From the NCBI RefSeq assembly GCF_001194135.2, contig NC_068983.1:3295033-3359032 (forward strand): DNA of 64,000 nt, read 5' to 3'. The notes below the pieces were generated by a model. That model made no database searches and had not been told where the DNA came from. It saw only the letters and a list, made by a program, of their open reading frames with translations. Position numbers and translations under genes: made by a program. Below, piece after piece: positions 1 to 11,896 of this stretch; position 1 is the stretch's first letter, and each line of letters begins with the position of its first letter. The DNA is from Octopus bimaculoides. Its lineage: Eukaryota.

Positions 1-41
1 ACCTGAGACTGTAGTAAAAGACACTTGCCCAAGGTGCCACA
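1..41 (-). mobile_element. SINE family A fragment, cut by the window edge
   Basis: GACACTTGCCCAAGGTGCCAC is the reverse complement of the family A core seen in more than 20 other copies. Confidence 0.75.
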
Positions 42-1026
42 TAGATATTTACGTGGGTTAAAGCACCTTACATTTAACTTTTATAGAAAGTAAAGAAGAG
101 ATAAGGACTTATATAATGAAATTATCTTGGACCTTGGTACACCATCAATTTATGTCGTTGCTTACTGATAATACAATGTCCTAATTATATTCTAATCCCC
201 AAACAGACCTTTTTTTAATGTGTTTAAATATAAACATTGCACAAAGAAACACAACAGCCTCACTAAACAGCCAGGGCCCCACCTTAGCACTGCCTTGTGT
301 GCTTACAGCAGCCCCTAAAGATATGTTCTCACTCAGGTCAAAATATACTGTCTTCAAGTTATGAAGCATGTGACCTGTTGTCAACCACAAACCTAGGTAC
401 TCTTTTAATTTCAGAGTACACTATTAACTAGTACTCTCTTCTCCTCGCATCTCTCTTAGATTTAGTACTCCCTTCTCCTCACAGTAAACTAATAGTACTC
501 CTTTCTTCTCATAGCACACCCAACGTTAATATTCCCTTCACCCGAAGCTTTCTACTATATTAATATCATCTGAAACTCTAGTTATTGTGGACTGTTTTAG
601 ATTAAAAATTTACTGTTAAAAGTTTCTAATTATTTATGGATGGCAGCTGGTCTGATGGGAAAGGCGGTGAGTGTTTCATCTTGTCTGGGCAGTTCTTTCT
701 ACATTATGAATTCAAAACGTTAAAGTCAGGTAACTGAAAACACACCTGGACTTGGGTGGCCACACCCGCTTTTTTAGGTGTCTCCACCTGCTTTCTTGAG
801 CGTCTTTATATATTTTAAGATCACAAATCATTAACAATAACGCCGCCTGTTTCAGCTTTCCTTCAAGCCAGAAGCTCTCAGAAACACACTTTAAATACAG
901 CCCCTGGGAGCTTCCGTATAACTTGGGGAAGAACAAATATCACAGCATATCCTGTTGGAAAAAATCACCTGGGTGTTAGTTCTCCCGCCAATGTTTACAT
1001 CCTTCGCCACAACATAACAGAATAAT

Positions 1027-1155
1027 TTCCGTCTACCAAGTTCCATTCACAAGGTATTAAACAAACCGAAGCTTTGAATGAAGGAGGTGCATAAGGTACC
1101 GCAGAATGAGACGGAACACTGGACCAGGTAGTCAGGTACGCACTTGTTAATCACA
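1027..1155 (-). mobile_element. Degenerate SINE family A head
   Basis: TTCCGTCTACCAA...TCACAAGG matches the reverse-complemented A core; heavily diverged. Confidence 0.6.
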
Positions 1156-1362
1156 CAGTCTCCCGTGCTTCTTTGCAAGGGTTCACTCTGTTGCCAACAC
1201 TGGAACTAGACCTCCGCGTTCCTCCTTATCACTGACACATGCAGACGTTTAGGGTCTGTGTTATTTTAATCAGACCCACCAATCGATTGGGAGGGGGTGA
1301 CATCTGCAAATGTAATGGAATCTTTCCTCCATCTGTAATTAACTTTGAAAATGAAACTGGCA

Positions 1363-1653
1363 TTCCGTCGGTTACGACGAGGAGTGTTCCAGATGATCCG
1401 ATCAACGGAACAGCCTGCTCGTGAAATCAACGTGCAAGCGGTTGAGCACTCCACAGACACGTGTACCCTTAACGTAGTTCCCAGAGAGATCCAGAATGAT
1501 GCAGGGTGTGACAAGGTTGTCCCCTTTTGAATTACAGGTACGACTCATTTTTGTCAGCTGAGTAGCCTGGAGGAACTCGAGGAGCAACGCGCTGCCGAGA
1601 ATCGAACTCCTGACCTTGCGATCGTAAGCCGAATGCCCTCACCACTCAGCCAC
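1363..1653 (-). mobile_element. tRNA-derived SINE family C with 'D' tail
   Basis: Same sequence at 6290-6600, 8548-8850 and 61728-61968; tRNA-like head at the right end; tail hairpin CGTCG-GTTA-CGACG at 1366-1379. Confidence 0.85.
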
Positions 1654-1695
1654 TGATTCTAAACTACTTATCAATATGCTCTAATAGTGAGAGTG

Positions 1696-1935
1696 GAGGC
1701 GCGTGGCTTAGTGGTTAGGGTGTTGGACTCATGATCGTAAGACTGTGGTTTCGATTCCTGGACCGGGCGTTGTGTTCTTGAACAAAACACTTCATTTCAC
1801 GCTGCTCCCGTCCACTCGACTGGCAAAAATGAGTTAACCTGCGACAGACTAGCGTCCCATCCAGGTGGGGAATCTATACGCCATTGAAACCGGGAAACCG
1901 GCCCTCATGAGCCTAGCTCGCGAAGGAAGCATTTA
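1696..1935 (+). mobile_element. tRNA-derived SINE family C with a second tail type
   Basis: Pol III A-box TGGCTTAGTGG (1704-1714) and B-box GTTTCGATTCC (1748-1758), followed by the TGTGTTCTTGAACAAAACACTT central domain. Confidence 0.85.
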
Positions 1936-2352
1936 TTCATTTATCGAATAGTGAGATCATTTCTATCCTTTTAAAACGCTTTCGATCCTTTGAAACGTAA
2001 TGGTTACAAGTAGTGAACAGACTTAATCTAATTCACTTTCATTCATACTGATGACTATGCAGCACTCTGATAGTTACCCTGCATAATTAATGAGGTCGAA
2101 TTTCATTTCTCGGTTAGACACCCTTCAGCAAATACTCCTTCACTCTGTTAGTTCTCACTGAAGCTTATCGGATTAATTCAAACAATATCCTTCAATCCAG
2201 AATATAGAACGAGAGGAAATTCTTTGCTCATTATACTTTAATATGTATGAAACGTGTATGAGTGGACGACATCTAAAGAAATGGTGCTTCAAACTTCGCT
2301 TAATATCCAAATGCAAAGAATAAAATGAACATGTTAAAAAATGTTAGATATA

Positions 2353-2512
2353 GGCGCAGGCGTGGCTGTGTGGTAAGAAACCTGCTTTTCAGCCACATGG
2401 TTCCGGGTTCAGTCCCACTGCGTGGCACCTTGGGCAAAGGTCTTCTACTATATCTCCGAGCTGGCCAAAGCCTTGCGAGTGGATTTAGTAGACGGAAACT
2501 GAATCTCGTAGT
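2353..2512 (+). mobile_element. SINE family A, 5' half
   Basis: GGCGCAGGCGTGGCTGTGTGGTAAG...GGTTCAGTCCCACTGCGTGGCACCTTGGGCAA...GTAGACGGAAACTGA, ending at the internal (TA)n. Confidence 0.85.
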
Positions 2513-2819
2513 ATATATATATAAATAAATATGAAAGCCAAACTCGATTAAGTTGTGTGTTTATAAATGAAATGTATGTGCATCCATACTTTTCCAACAA
2601 AACCCAGATGTTATCCATAAACAGCTGAGAAATAACAGAAAAGCTACGAAATTCTGTTTACAGAGAGAAAAACTCCCAACCAAGGTCATTATCCTTCTTC
2701 ACGTTAATAAATTATTAAATATTCTGAATCCGAACCTGACAGGGCGTTTGGAGATGCATTTTTCTCCAAACACATCAATTAGCTGTCATCTGTTTGTATA
2801 TTCTTTTCTACTTTGGCGT

Positions 2820-2986
2820 GAGGGGGCCAGTCGATTAGATCGACCCCGGTATGCAACTGGTACTTAATTTATCGACCCCCGAAAGGATGAAAGGCAATGT
2901 CGACCTCGGCAGACAGAACGTAACGACGGACGAAATACCGCTAAGCATTTCGTCCGGCCTGCTAACGTTTCTGCTAGCTCGCCGCC
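2820..2986 (-). mobile_element. tRNA-derived SINE family B
   Basis: Reverse complement of the GGCGGCGAGCTGGCAGAA...GGGGTCGATAAATTAAGTACC family; compare the intact copy at 14866-15084. Confidence 0.85.
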
Positions 2987-3964
2987 TTCATCTGTCTGTA
3001 TATTATTGTATTGTGATCTTTCTGCACCCAAACCTCCAGAGTTGGGTTAATCCCCAGGAAATCTCTTATTTTAAATAAATTTAACTGCTATTTACAAGTC
3101 TAAGTCTCCCAAGAGCCCCTCTCTGATCCAACAACCTTAGTCGGAAACCTAAACATCTGTAATCATTACATTTGTGCGGCGCCATTATGAATGCAGTGGG
3201 GAGAGGCGGTGAGCGATGGTAGAAAATGCCTAGGGACACCGTCTGCATGAAAACTAAGCTGGGAGATCAGTTGTGACATAGCGTAGTTAGTTGAGAAATT
3301 TCAATTACAAATACACCTAATATGGGGAGAGATATTAGCTTAAGGGTTCGTTAGGATCAAGAATGACAGACGGAAACAGCGATTTTAAAGCAGCGAGGAA
3401 TAACATATAAAACGTGTAGCAATAAACCTCCATTATTTTACAGACTGACAAACGTTTTCGATGCAAACACAAGAGATACTCCGTTTTAAATGTTGATGGT
3501 AAATGAAAGAAAATCAGTAAAACATTTGCTATCTGAAGACAGCATTACCATTTGCCTAACTTTATTAGCGCCACATCAATGACTGTAAAATATGGGAGAT
3601 TTTTTTTCTGCCGCACGGTGGAAGATTACGGTGAGTATTTTTGTAAATTTTGGGAAGACGAATGGATAAAATTCAGTCCGAGCTCGAAATGTCACGCCAA
3701 GAATATCTTCTGTTGTATTTCTATGCAGAATATAGTTTTCAGTCACAGAAGTACCTTCTGCAAAAGCTCTATTTATATAATTCTGTATAAATAGACATTG
3801 TGGAACAGTCCTGTTGGACTTTTAAACAATGCCTGGATGCTCTTCTTTCCGGTTTCGTATTCAGACATCTGATAAGTGCTACCAGCAATAATTACTGGTA
3901 CTAAACAGAACAAAGAAATGATGATAAAATTCGACCCCAGGTTAAACTATTGGAGTAAGGAAGC

Positions 3965-4315
3965 CTTTTTTATTTTTATTTGTTTGTCATTGGACTACGG
4001 CCATGCTGCCGCAGCGTCTCGGATGGATTAGTCGAAGAAATCGACCGCTGAACTTATTTCTTTTAAGTCAAGTTTTTTTATTTTCTTAGTCTTTTTTTTT
4101 ACCGAACCGTTAAGTTACAGAAAGGTAAACAAATCAACAGCAGTTGCCAAGCAGTAGACGGGCTTCCACACAGTTTCCATTTACCAAATTCATTCACAAG
4201 ACTTTGGTCGGCTTGGGACTATGGCAGAAGTTACGTGTCCAACGTTCCACTTCGTGGGACTGAACCCAGAGCCATGTTGCTGCCAAGCGAGTTTCTTAAC
4301 ATCACAGCCATGTCT
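3965..4315 (-). mobile_element. SINE family A variant lacking the internal microsatellite
   Basis: Tail, middle and head are all present; head and tail are joined by AGCAGTAGACGGGCTTCCACACAG with no (TA)/(TG) tract. Confidence 0.75.
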
Positions 4316-4699
4316 CAAGTGTATAGAACAGATAGTATTGCAGGTGGTACTCCAGCATGACCTGACCGTTGCTAGTTACCAGAAATTAAAGACTGAGAGA
4401 GAGAAAGAGAGGAGAAAGACAGAAAGAGAAAGCACTCGACGCCCATTTCCTCTGCACTCTCACTAAACCATCTCTTCTTATTATCCCCCCCTCTCTCTCT
4501 ATCTATCTGTCTATCTGTTTCTCTCTCCTTTACGTCATTGTCTATCACTGTTTATTTTTCTCTCCTCCTCCTCCTCTGTTGACATAAATTATTCATAGAA
4601 ACTTAAACAGACTATTTATAACATCAAACCTTAAGTCTTTCCTCGTAACGAAAATATTTCATTCATGGATGTTTGTGCGTGTGCATACAGCTCGCAGTT

Positions 4700-4708
4700 G
4701 TATGTGTA

Positions 4709-4783
<75 letters not shown>

Positions 4784-4935
4784 ATACATACAAATATCTA
4801 TAGGCATGTATGTATATTATATATGCATGCTTATATATATATATATATATATATGAATGTATGTGTGCGTATATATTATATGCATGTATATGCATGCACA
4901 CACACGCACGCACGCACGCACGCACGCACGCACGA
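4700..4935. repeat. Compound microsatellite (TG)n-(TA)n-(GCAC)n
   Basis: Directly visible. Confidence 0.95.
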
Positions 4936-5339
4936 GAGAAAGTGTTACTATGTAAATATGTGTTTCCGTGAATACCGTCTCAGAAATGAGAATGTGTCTG
5001 CGACTGCCTGAAACAGTGAGTGTTTATAAAGTCTTGTCACAGAAACATTTCTTGTTTTATTCTTTTTTACATCTTATTGGAATGGTTGGAATATTTAATG
5101 CGCAACAACAACAACAAACAGATTGTGCCATTGAAATGGTTAATGCCATGGTGCACAAACGACAATATCAGCTGTAAAATATCGCTATTCATTCAGAAAA
5201 TAACAACGCTGGATCTGCTAGAAATAATAGCGATATTCCAGTCTATTGATGCTCTCATCAGCAACCGATAGTCATTACCGTTTCCAGTCTTAGAATACAT
5301 AGTCCAGGTATTCCGGTTTCCCTGGAGTATAAGTAAACG

Positions 5340-5450
5340 TGAACACAACATTCCCCTGAACGGGACGCCAGTGAATTCCCTGGACCGGGAATCGAAACCA
5401 GGATATTCCGATCGTGAATGCGATGCCATAACCATTAGGTCATTTGCTTT
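5340..5450 (-). mobile_element. SINE family C head fragment
   Basis: GGACCGGGAATCGAAACC (reverse-complement B-box) ...GATCGTGA...TAACCATTAGG. Confidence 0.65.
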
Positions 5451-6289
5451 CGCCCCATTCTACTTCCGTAAAAAAAAGGGAAGAACACATCAGATAATGC
5501 ACTCCTAGAGACACTATGCGTTTAAAAGGACGGGATGGTCACAGCTAGAACGCTTTTTTACGCAAGTTTATTCAGTCAAATAGCAATACTCCATCGACAC
5601 AAGGCAGCCGCTGTGTGATCGTAGAAATAGCAACCAAATCTTGATTCACACTCTACTTTTTTTTTTGAAAAAGCAAAGACGCGTCGTCTGAAGAAAGAGA
5701 GGATGGCCACGTTTGAAACACTTTCGATCGTAGATCCGCTGGTTCATTTCTAAGCTAGGATTAAAAAAGATCAACAAACTCAAAAGTGCCTGAAAGGAGT
5801 TAGGAGAATCAACGAGGACGTTTCTGTGGTCATTCGACTTTAAAATAGATGGCGCTGCGCATGGAAGTTTATTATGTGTTGTGCCAGAAGCTCTCTTCGA
5901 GACCATCCATACATACACTACATCTGACGGCAGAGTCTTGGTTCGGAAGTTCCCAGATTGGTGGCATCAACACAGCATGCACAGGCGGACTCTCCTTGAC
6001 CATGATAATAAAAGATCTGATTTAATTCTAAATAAATTGTGGACTTTCAGGAAGTAGAATGAAGTATTCTGACTATCGAAACAAAACAACGTTTATAATT
6101 TTACTTTGGTAAGTTAAAACAGGATGCTGTGTTTCTCATTAAAATATGAAGGTCAACTGAAAAATACTTAATGACTAGAATCTGAGAATTTCCTTCTAAA
6201 ACGTTATGCAGGCTGATAAACTTCTACAAAAATTAAGAAAATGTGTCAGAAAAATAATTTTTCTCTCTCAGAAAATATATATCGATCGG

Positions 6290-6600
6290 CACTCCTTCGA
6301 TTATGACGACGAAGGGGCCAGTTGAACTGATTAATGGAACAGCCTGCTCGTGAAATTAACATGCAAGTGGCTGAGCACTCCACAGACACGCGAACCCTTA
6401 ACGTAGTTCCCAGGCAGATTCAGTGTGACGCAGTGTGACAAGGCTGACCCTTTTGTATTACAAGTATGACTCATTTTTGCCAGTTGAATGGAATGGAACA
6501 ATGTGAAAACAAAGGGTCTGGCTCAAGGGCACAATGCGTCACCGGGAATCGAACTCACTATCGTGAGTTGGGTACCCTAACCTGTAAGCCACGCGCTTTC
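6290..6600 (-). mobile_element. SINE family C with D tail
   Basis: Aligns by eye with 1363-1653 and 8548-8850. Confidence 0.85.
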
Positions 6601-6712
6601 GCACAAAAATCAAGATGTATTTTTTCCTGGTGTTGTTTAGATTCAGCTCATTCTTGACTGACAAATATAATGATCAAAGATCGTTGAACCGTGTTCATCG
6701 TGGTCTTTTATG

Positions 6713-6862
6713 CACTAGCGTAGCTAGAGTGTGTGCCGCCCTGGGCGGCCCTTCCGCTTGCCGCCCCCGCACCCCACAAACACATTGCCTACAGCAGACC
6801 CGAAAGTGCCACTCGAGGCGGACCGCCCATTACCGCCCCCAACACACACAGCTACGCTAGTG
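6713..6862. mobile_element. 150-bp hAT-type MITE
   Basis: Perfect 13-bp TIR CACTAGCGTAGCT / AGCTACGCTAGTG; flanking 8-mers CTTTTATG and CTTCTATG match 7 of 8, giving an 8-bp TSD. Confidence 0.85.
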
Positions 6863-7351
6863 CTTCTATGGAGCCCTTTCGTACTTCACTCTCGCCCTCC
6901 TACGCCTATTTTTACCAACCAAATCATCAGAACCTCATGGTTACAGAGTTAAATCGTTGGTGTTACCATAATGTTCTGGTAATCTGATAAGCTTGGTTTC
7001 TTTATCTCCATTGATTTGTGAACACCCAATTGTATAACACCTAGCAAGCATATTAGTGCAGACATGCAGAGATTGAAATTATTACATGAAAACTACGAAA
7101 AAGCCGTACTCCTAATGATGGCGGGTGGCTAAATAAACATCTCCACCTCTCTGTTATTTCCTGACATTTTATGGTTTATATAATCCTCTCGAAATAATCT
7201 CATCGATCGGATCTCCTGGATTTCAGCTGCATGGAACTCTGCCTTATACTCCTCTCTACTAGATTATTATGACGTCTGTTAACCGAGTCTGTTGGAGGAG
7301 CTTTATGTGATAGCTACACGATTCTGTTAATTCATATATTACGTTACAAAT

Positions 7352-7388
<37 letters not shown>

Positions 7389-7399
7389 TGTAAAAGAGT

Positions 7400-7682
7400 A
7401 AAGACTTCCTTCGGTCGTGAATGACCGTTCCCCCCCATAGCACAAGTCCAAGCAATATCATTATTATGGAAGACCAGCAGTCGCCTGTGTATACCAGCTC
7501 TCCTCTCCTCCACACCACTGATATTATCCAAGGGGAAGACAAAGGGGCCGATACAGCTTGTCACCAATGACATCACAAATCATTTCTACGGCTGAGTGAA
7601 CTGGAGCAACGTGAAATAAAGTGTCTTCCTCAAGAACACAGCCCGGTCCGGGAATCGAACTGACCACCTCGTGACTGTAAAC
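7400..7682 (-). mobile_element. SINE family C with a third tail type, truncated by a gap
   Basis: CTGAGTGAACTGGAGCAACGTGAAATAAAGTGTCTT...CCGGTCCGGGAATCGAAC head plus AAAGGGGCCGATACAGCTTG tail; a related tail tip lies at 61533-61592. Confidence 0.75.
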
Positions 7683-7970
7683 NNNNNNNNNNNNNNNNNN
7701 NNNNNNNNNNNNNNNNNNNNNNNNNNNNNNNNNNNNNNNNNNNNNNNNNNNNNNNNNNNNNNNNNNNNNNNNNNNNNNNNNNNNNNNNNNNNNNNNNNNN
7801 NNNNNNNNNNNNNNNNNNNNNNNNNNNNNNNNNNNNNNNNNNNNNNNNNNNNNNNNNNNNNNNNNNNNNNNNNNNNNNNNNNNNNNNNNNNNNNNNNNNN
7901 NNNNNNNNNNNNNNNNNNNNNNNNNNNNNNNNNNNNNNNNNNNNNNNNNNNNNNNNNNNNNNNNNNNNNN

Positions 7971-8017
<47 letters not shown>

Positions 8018-8547
8018 CATACACGACACTCTGACTGTGTCACGTGTCTGTGTATGTGAATATCTTTGTTTGTGGTTTGTGTATCTGTTGGTTGGTGTCA
8101 TGGCCAATTGTCAATAAAGATATATATCTGAGTGTAACAAAGACCCACACATAACTTCATAACAGCGGTAGGGGCCGGGCCGCCGAGCGAACAGTGCAAT
8201 GTTCCTTTTATTTATTCGCACGAGATTCCGCCGTCCTTGTGATACCTGATCCGCCACCACTGGCTTTAGATCCTCCATCAGATTCGTGACACTCCATAGA
8301 GAATGTTGGGCGGACTGTGATCTATCTTGCCACACCAATTACACACACACACACACACACACACTATGAGACGCTTAGAGAGTAAGTATATATACATAGA
8401 CATGTCACGTGGTGTTTAGAATGGTCATTAACTGTGACTGTTTGAATGAACTAAAGAATACATCTCCATACAAACAGCTTTCCCATCTAAATAAACTCTC
8501 ATTCACACACGAAGACAGACACGTGTGTGTAATATATTCTTCTCTGA

Positions 8548-8850
8548 CACTCCGTCGGTTACGACGACGAGTGTTCCAGTTACTTCGATCAACGCTCGTC
8601 AAATTAACATGAAGTGGCTGAGCACTCCTCAGACACCCGCGTACTTTTAACGTAGTTCTCAGAGAGTTTCAGCGTAACATAGAATGTGACATGGTTGTAC
8701 CTTTTTTTTTTTTTGTGTAACTCATTTTTGCCAGCTGATTGGATGGGGTCAATATGAAATAAAGTGTCTTGCTCAAGGACGTAACGCGCTGCCAGGAACC
8801 AAACTTGCGATCTTACTATCGTGAGCCGAATACCATTAACCACCAAGCCA
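8548..8850 (-). mobile_element. SINE family C with D tail
   Basis: Homologous to 1363-1653; hairpin CGTCG-GTTA-CGACG at 8553-8566. Confidence 0.85.
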
Positions 8851-8859
8851 AGAAATGCA

Positions 8860-9030
8860 AGCTGGTAGAATAATTTTGAGGGGTGGGGGGGACTATTCGA
8901 TTTCATCGACCCTGAAATGATGAAAGGTAAAGTGGACCTCGGCGTAGTTTGAACTCACAAATAAAGACGGACGAAATTCCGCTGAGCATTTTGTCCGACG
9001 CACTAACAATTCTGCCTGCTTACTTGCCCC
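8860..9030 (-). mobile_element. SINE family B
   Basis: ATCGACCCTGAAATGATGAAAGGTAAAGTGGACCTCGGCG...TTTGAACTCA matches reverse-complemented B. Confidence 0.8.
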
Positions 9031-9032
9031 CG

Positions 9033-9253
9033 TTCTTTTATTCTTTTGCTTGTTTCAGTAATTTGACTGCGACCATGCTTGAGCACCGCCTTTAGTCGAA
9101 CAAATCGACGCCAGGACTTATTCTTTGTAAGCCTAGTACTTATTTTATCAGTCTCTTTGCCGAACCGTTAAGTTACAGGGACGTAAACACACCAACATCG
9201 GTTATCAAGCGATGGTTGGGGCTACAATCACATGGGGTACAGACACACAAACA

Positions 9254-9293
<40 letters not shown>

Positions 9294-9494
9294 CATATAT
9301 ATATATATGTATATATATACATACATATATACGACAGGCTTCTTTCAGTTTCCGTCTACCAAATCCACTCACAAGGCTTTGGTCAGCCCGAGGCTATAGT
9401 AGAAGATATTTGCCCAAGGTGCCACGCAGCGAGACTGAACCCGGAACCATGTGGCTGGTAAGCAAGCTACTTACCACACAGCCACTCCTGCTCC
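9033..9494 (-). mobile_element. Full-length SINE family A with internal (CA)n(TA)n
   Basis: Tail, microsatellite and tRNA-like head are all present and close to other copies. Confidence 0.9.
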
Positions 9495-9563
9495 TATAAC
9501 AATAATAATGATGATGATGATGGCACTGGTGATTTTTCTTTTTTTAATTATTGTTTATAAATG

Positions 9564-10002
9564 GACATGACTATCTCTTTTAATCATAATATTGCCACAA
9601 AGGAATTTGACAAGCTTAGGGAATATAAAGATTTGCTCGTTGTTATCGGAACGTGTAACATCTCAAGGCGGTTACAATACCAGTGATTGTAGGGGGCTGT
9701 TGGAATAATCAAAAAAAGGAACTGAAAATTATTTGAGAATGATTCCTTAATTAATTATATCCCTGCAAAAAGTCCAAAAATTTGTTTTAACAGATACGTC
9801 ACACGTATTGAGAAGAGAGCATTGTCGCTGTGAGAACGATAGCCTTCCGTGTAAATAATGCATAACTTTATTTGATTTTGTAAATGGTCCATCTGGTGTG
9901 TTTGTTTTAATGGCCTATCAATGTATCACCGTGTTTCTTTGGCGTAGGTGTCGAGAAGACACTCGGTGAAAAATGGAAACAAAGTTGAAGGAAGAAGAAA
10001 AA
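9564..10002 (+). mobile_element. 5'-truncated non-LTR retrotransposon with a restriction-like-endonuclease C-terminus (R4/Dong/NeSL-type) plus 3' UTR
   Basis: Manual translation across frameshifts gives DMTISFNHNIATKEFDKLREYKDL...IPVIVGAVGIIKK...QKFVLTDTSHVLRR, the KxxKY...PvviGalG signature of REL-type LINE C-termini. Confidence 0.8.
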
Positions 10003-10029
10003 CTCCTGACAATGGTTTCAAATTTTATC

Positions 10030-11175
10030 ACAAGGCCAGCAATTTTGATAACTGGTACTTATTTTATCGACCTCGAAAGGATAAATGGCAAAGTCGACCT
10101 CGGCAGAATTTTAACTCAGTAAAAGACCAACGAAATGCCGTTAAACCCAGAGTGCTAACGATCCCGCCCAAGAACACAAAATTAGGATTTAGGAGAAATA
10201 ATATGAAGTATCATATCCGATGTTTTGATAATTCTGCAGAAACATTTGAGTTCCGGACTAAACGTCCTGCAATATTTTTTTCCGGTTCTCTTGTTTTTGG
10301 TGCAAATCTTACCAAAGTCCACTTCATATTTTGTCTTTTCGGGATCGATATGAACCAATCACATACTGGAGTAGACGTAATCGACTTGCACCCACATCCC
10401 ACCCCCACCCCCAATTGCTGGCCTTGTGCCCAAAATTGAAACTGTGACCAATGCGGCGAGCTGGCAGAATCGTTAGCATGCCGGACAAAATGTTTAGCGG
10501 CATTTCATCTGTCTTTACATTCTGAGTTCAAATTGTGCCTAGGTACAAATTGCCTTTTATCCTTGCGAGGTCGATAAAATAAGTACCACTTGTCCCCTGC
10601 CCGGAAATTGCCGGGTTTTGTGCCCAAATTTGATGCCAATATTTTATTCTGTCGCTTTTTGTATCGGGTGCAAATCCCACCAAAGTCAACTTTCCTGGGT
10701 CGATAAATAAAGTCCCTAGTCAAAGTGATGGCTAGGCGAAATCTTTCGGCTGAACACCTCGCGGTATTTGTTTCCGCCTCTGCGTTTTGAGTTCAAATTC
10801 NNNNNNNNNNAGTATCAGCGGGATCAATTCAGTTGCAAACATTTGGAGCCGGGTCTCGGATGTGACCTTCCTTCCTCAATCGTCCATGGCCCTGGAAACC
10901 GTTATGGAGGCCTGCCTTTCCTCATCTCTAAGTGATAATATTTCTTACACTAAGGCGACGAGCTGACAGAATCATTACTGCGCCGGATGAAATGCTAGGC
11001 AGCATTTCGTCCGTCTTTACCTTCTGAACTCAAATTCTGCGCAGGTCGATTTGATTTCATCTTTTCGGGGGTCGATAGAATAAGTACCAATAAAACAGTG
11101 GGGGGGGGCGGTCGATGTGATCGACTTAGCACCCCCACCCCACCTCTTTTTGGCCTCGTGCCAAAATTTGGAACC
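10030..11175. mobile_element. Cluster of at least 5 SINE family B copies or fragments
   Basis: Copies at about 10030-10170 (-), 10300-10443 (+), 10453-10635 (+), 10660-10800 (+) and 10952-11175 (+). Confidence 0.8.
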
Positions 11176-11239
11176 ATTTCTTTAAGTCTTCATGTATTCC
11201 TCGAAGGTTGTTGCTTTTAAAACTATTACGTCACCTTAG

Positions 11240-11500
11240 TAGCACCACACCACCACCACCACTACTACCACCGCCTACTACCACACAATGCCATCACTCC
11301 AACGTCATGACTGCTACTACTACTCCTACGTTATACAACATTACTACTACCGCCGCCACCACCACCACGACAACTCCGCCACCAATATTACTACTATACA
11401 TTACCACCCTCATCTGCTGCGCCACTTCCCATACTATCTCTCACACACACTGCCACAGCCCCACCCTACCATACTATCATCACCGCCACCGTTGTTACCT
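11240..11500. repeat. Degenerate (ACC)n/(ACT)n trinucleotide low-complexity tract
   Basis: Directly visible. Confidence 0.85.
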
Positions 11501-11865
11501 TCGAATATGAATGACCCTCCCTATATGACCTCCACTAAAATACAGACATGTACTATCTATCAAGTCAATTTCGCTGACATCATGCCTGGACTAATTGTTG
11601 GCCAGATGTCGCCTTAGTTTATCATTTAGCTGCAGTGTTGGATTGCACGGTGTTTTATTTATCAGACTAACAATACCACCGACTGCACCGCCACCGCCAC
11701 CACCACCCTCCTTGGCGATGGTGGTGTTTGGTAACCGACACAGGGTGGACACTCGTACACTGGATCTACCCGTTTACTCAAGGGTGGACACTTGAGACAA
11801 CGATGGACTCAAGTTATCTCTTCAATGAAAGAACAAAGATCAACCAAATTTAATCGTGCATCACT

Positions 11866-11896
<31 letters not shown>

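Noticed and set aside
1696-1770. tRNA gene (also the similar heads at 14866, 39826, 48648 and others)
   Set aside because: A and B boxes are present, but each continues into a SINE body and no full cloverleaf is evident; these are tRNA-derived SINE heads
601-6108. Small plus-strand exon chain (601-666, 3569-3630, 4984-5015, 6051-6108) and minus-strand candidates at about 745-950
   Set aside because: Splice motifs look good (3569-3630 especially), but GTRAGT is expected roughly once per 2 kb per strand at this base composition (my estimate), the peptides are unrecognisable, and both strands give equally plausible chains
8163-8262. MITE with CAGCGG/CCACTG ends
   Set aside because: TIR similarity is weak and the flanking 8-mers do not match
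11208-11795. Thr/Pro/His-rich ORFs suggesting mucin- or extensin-like proteins
   Set aside because: Translations of (ACC)n/(ACT)n low-complexity DNA, open in several frames, with no other coding support
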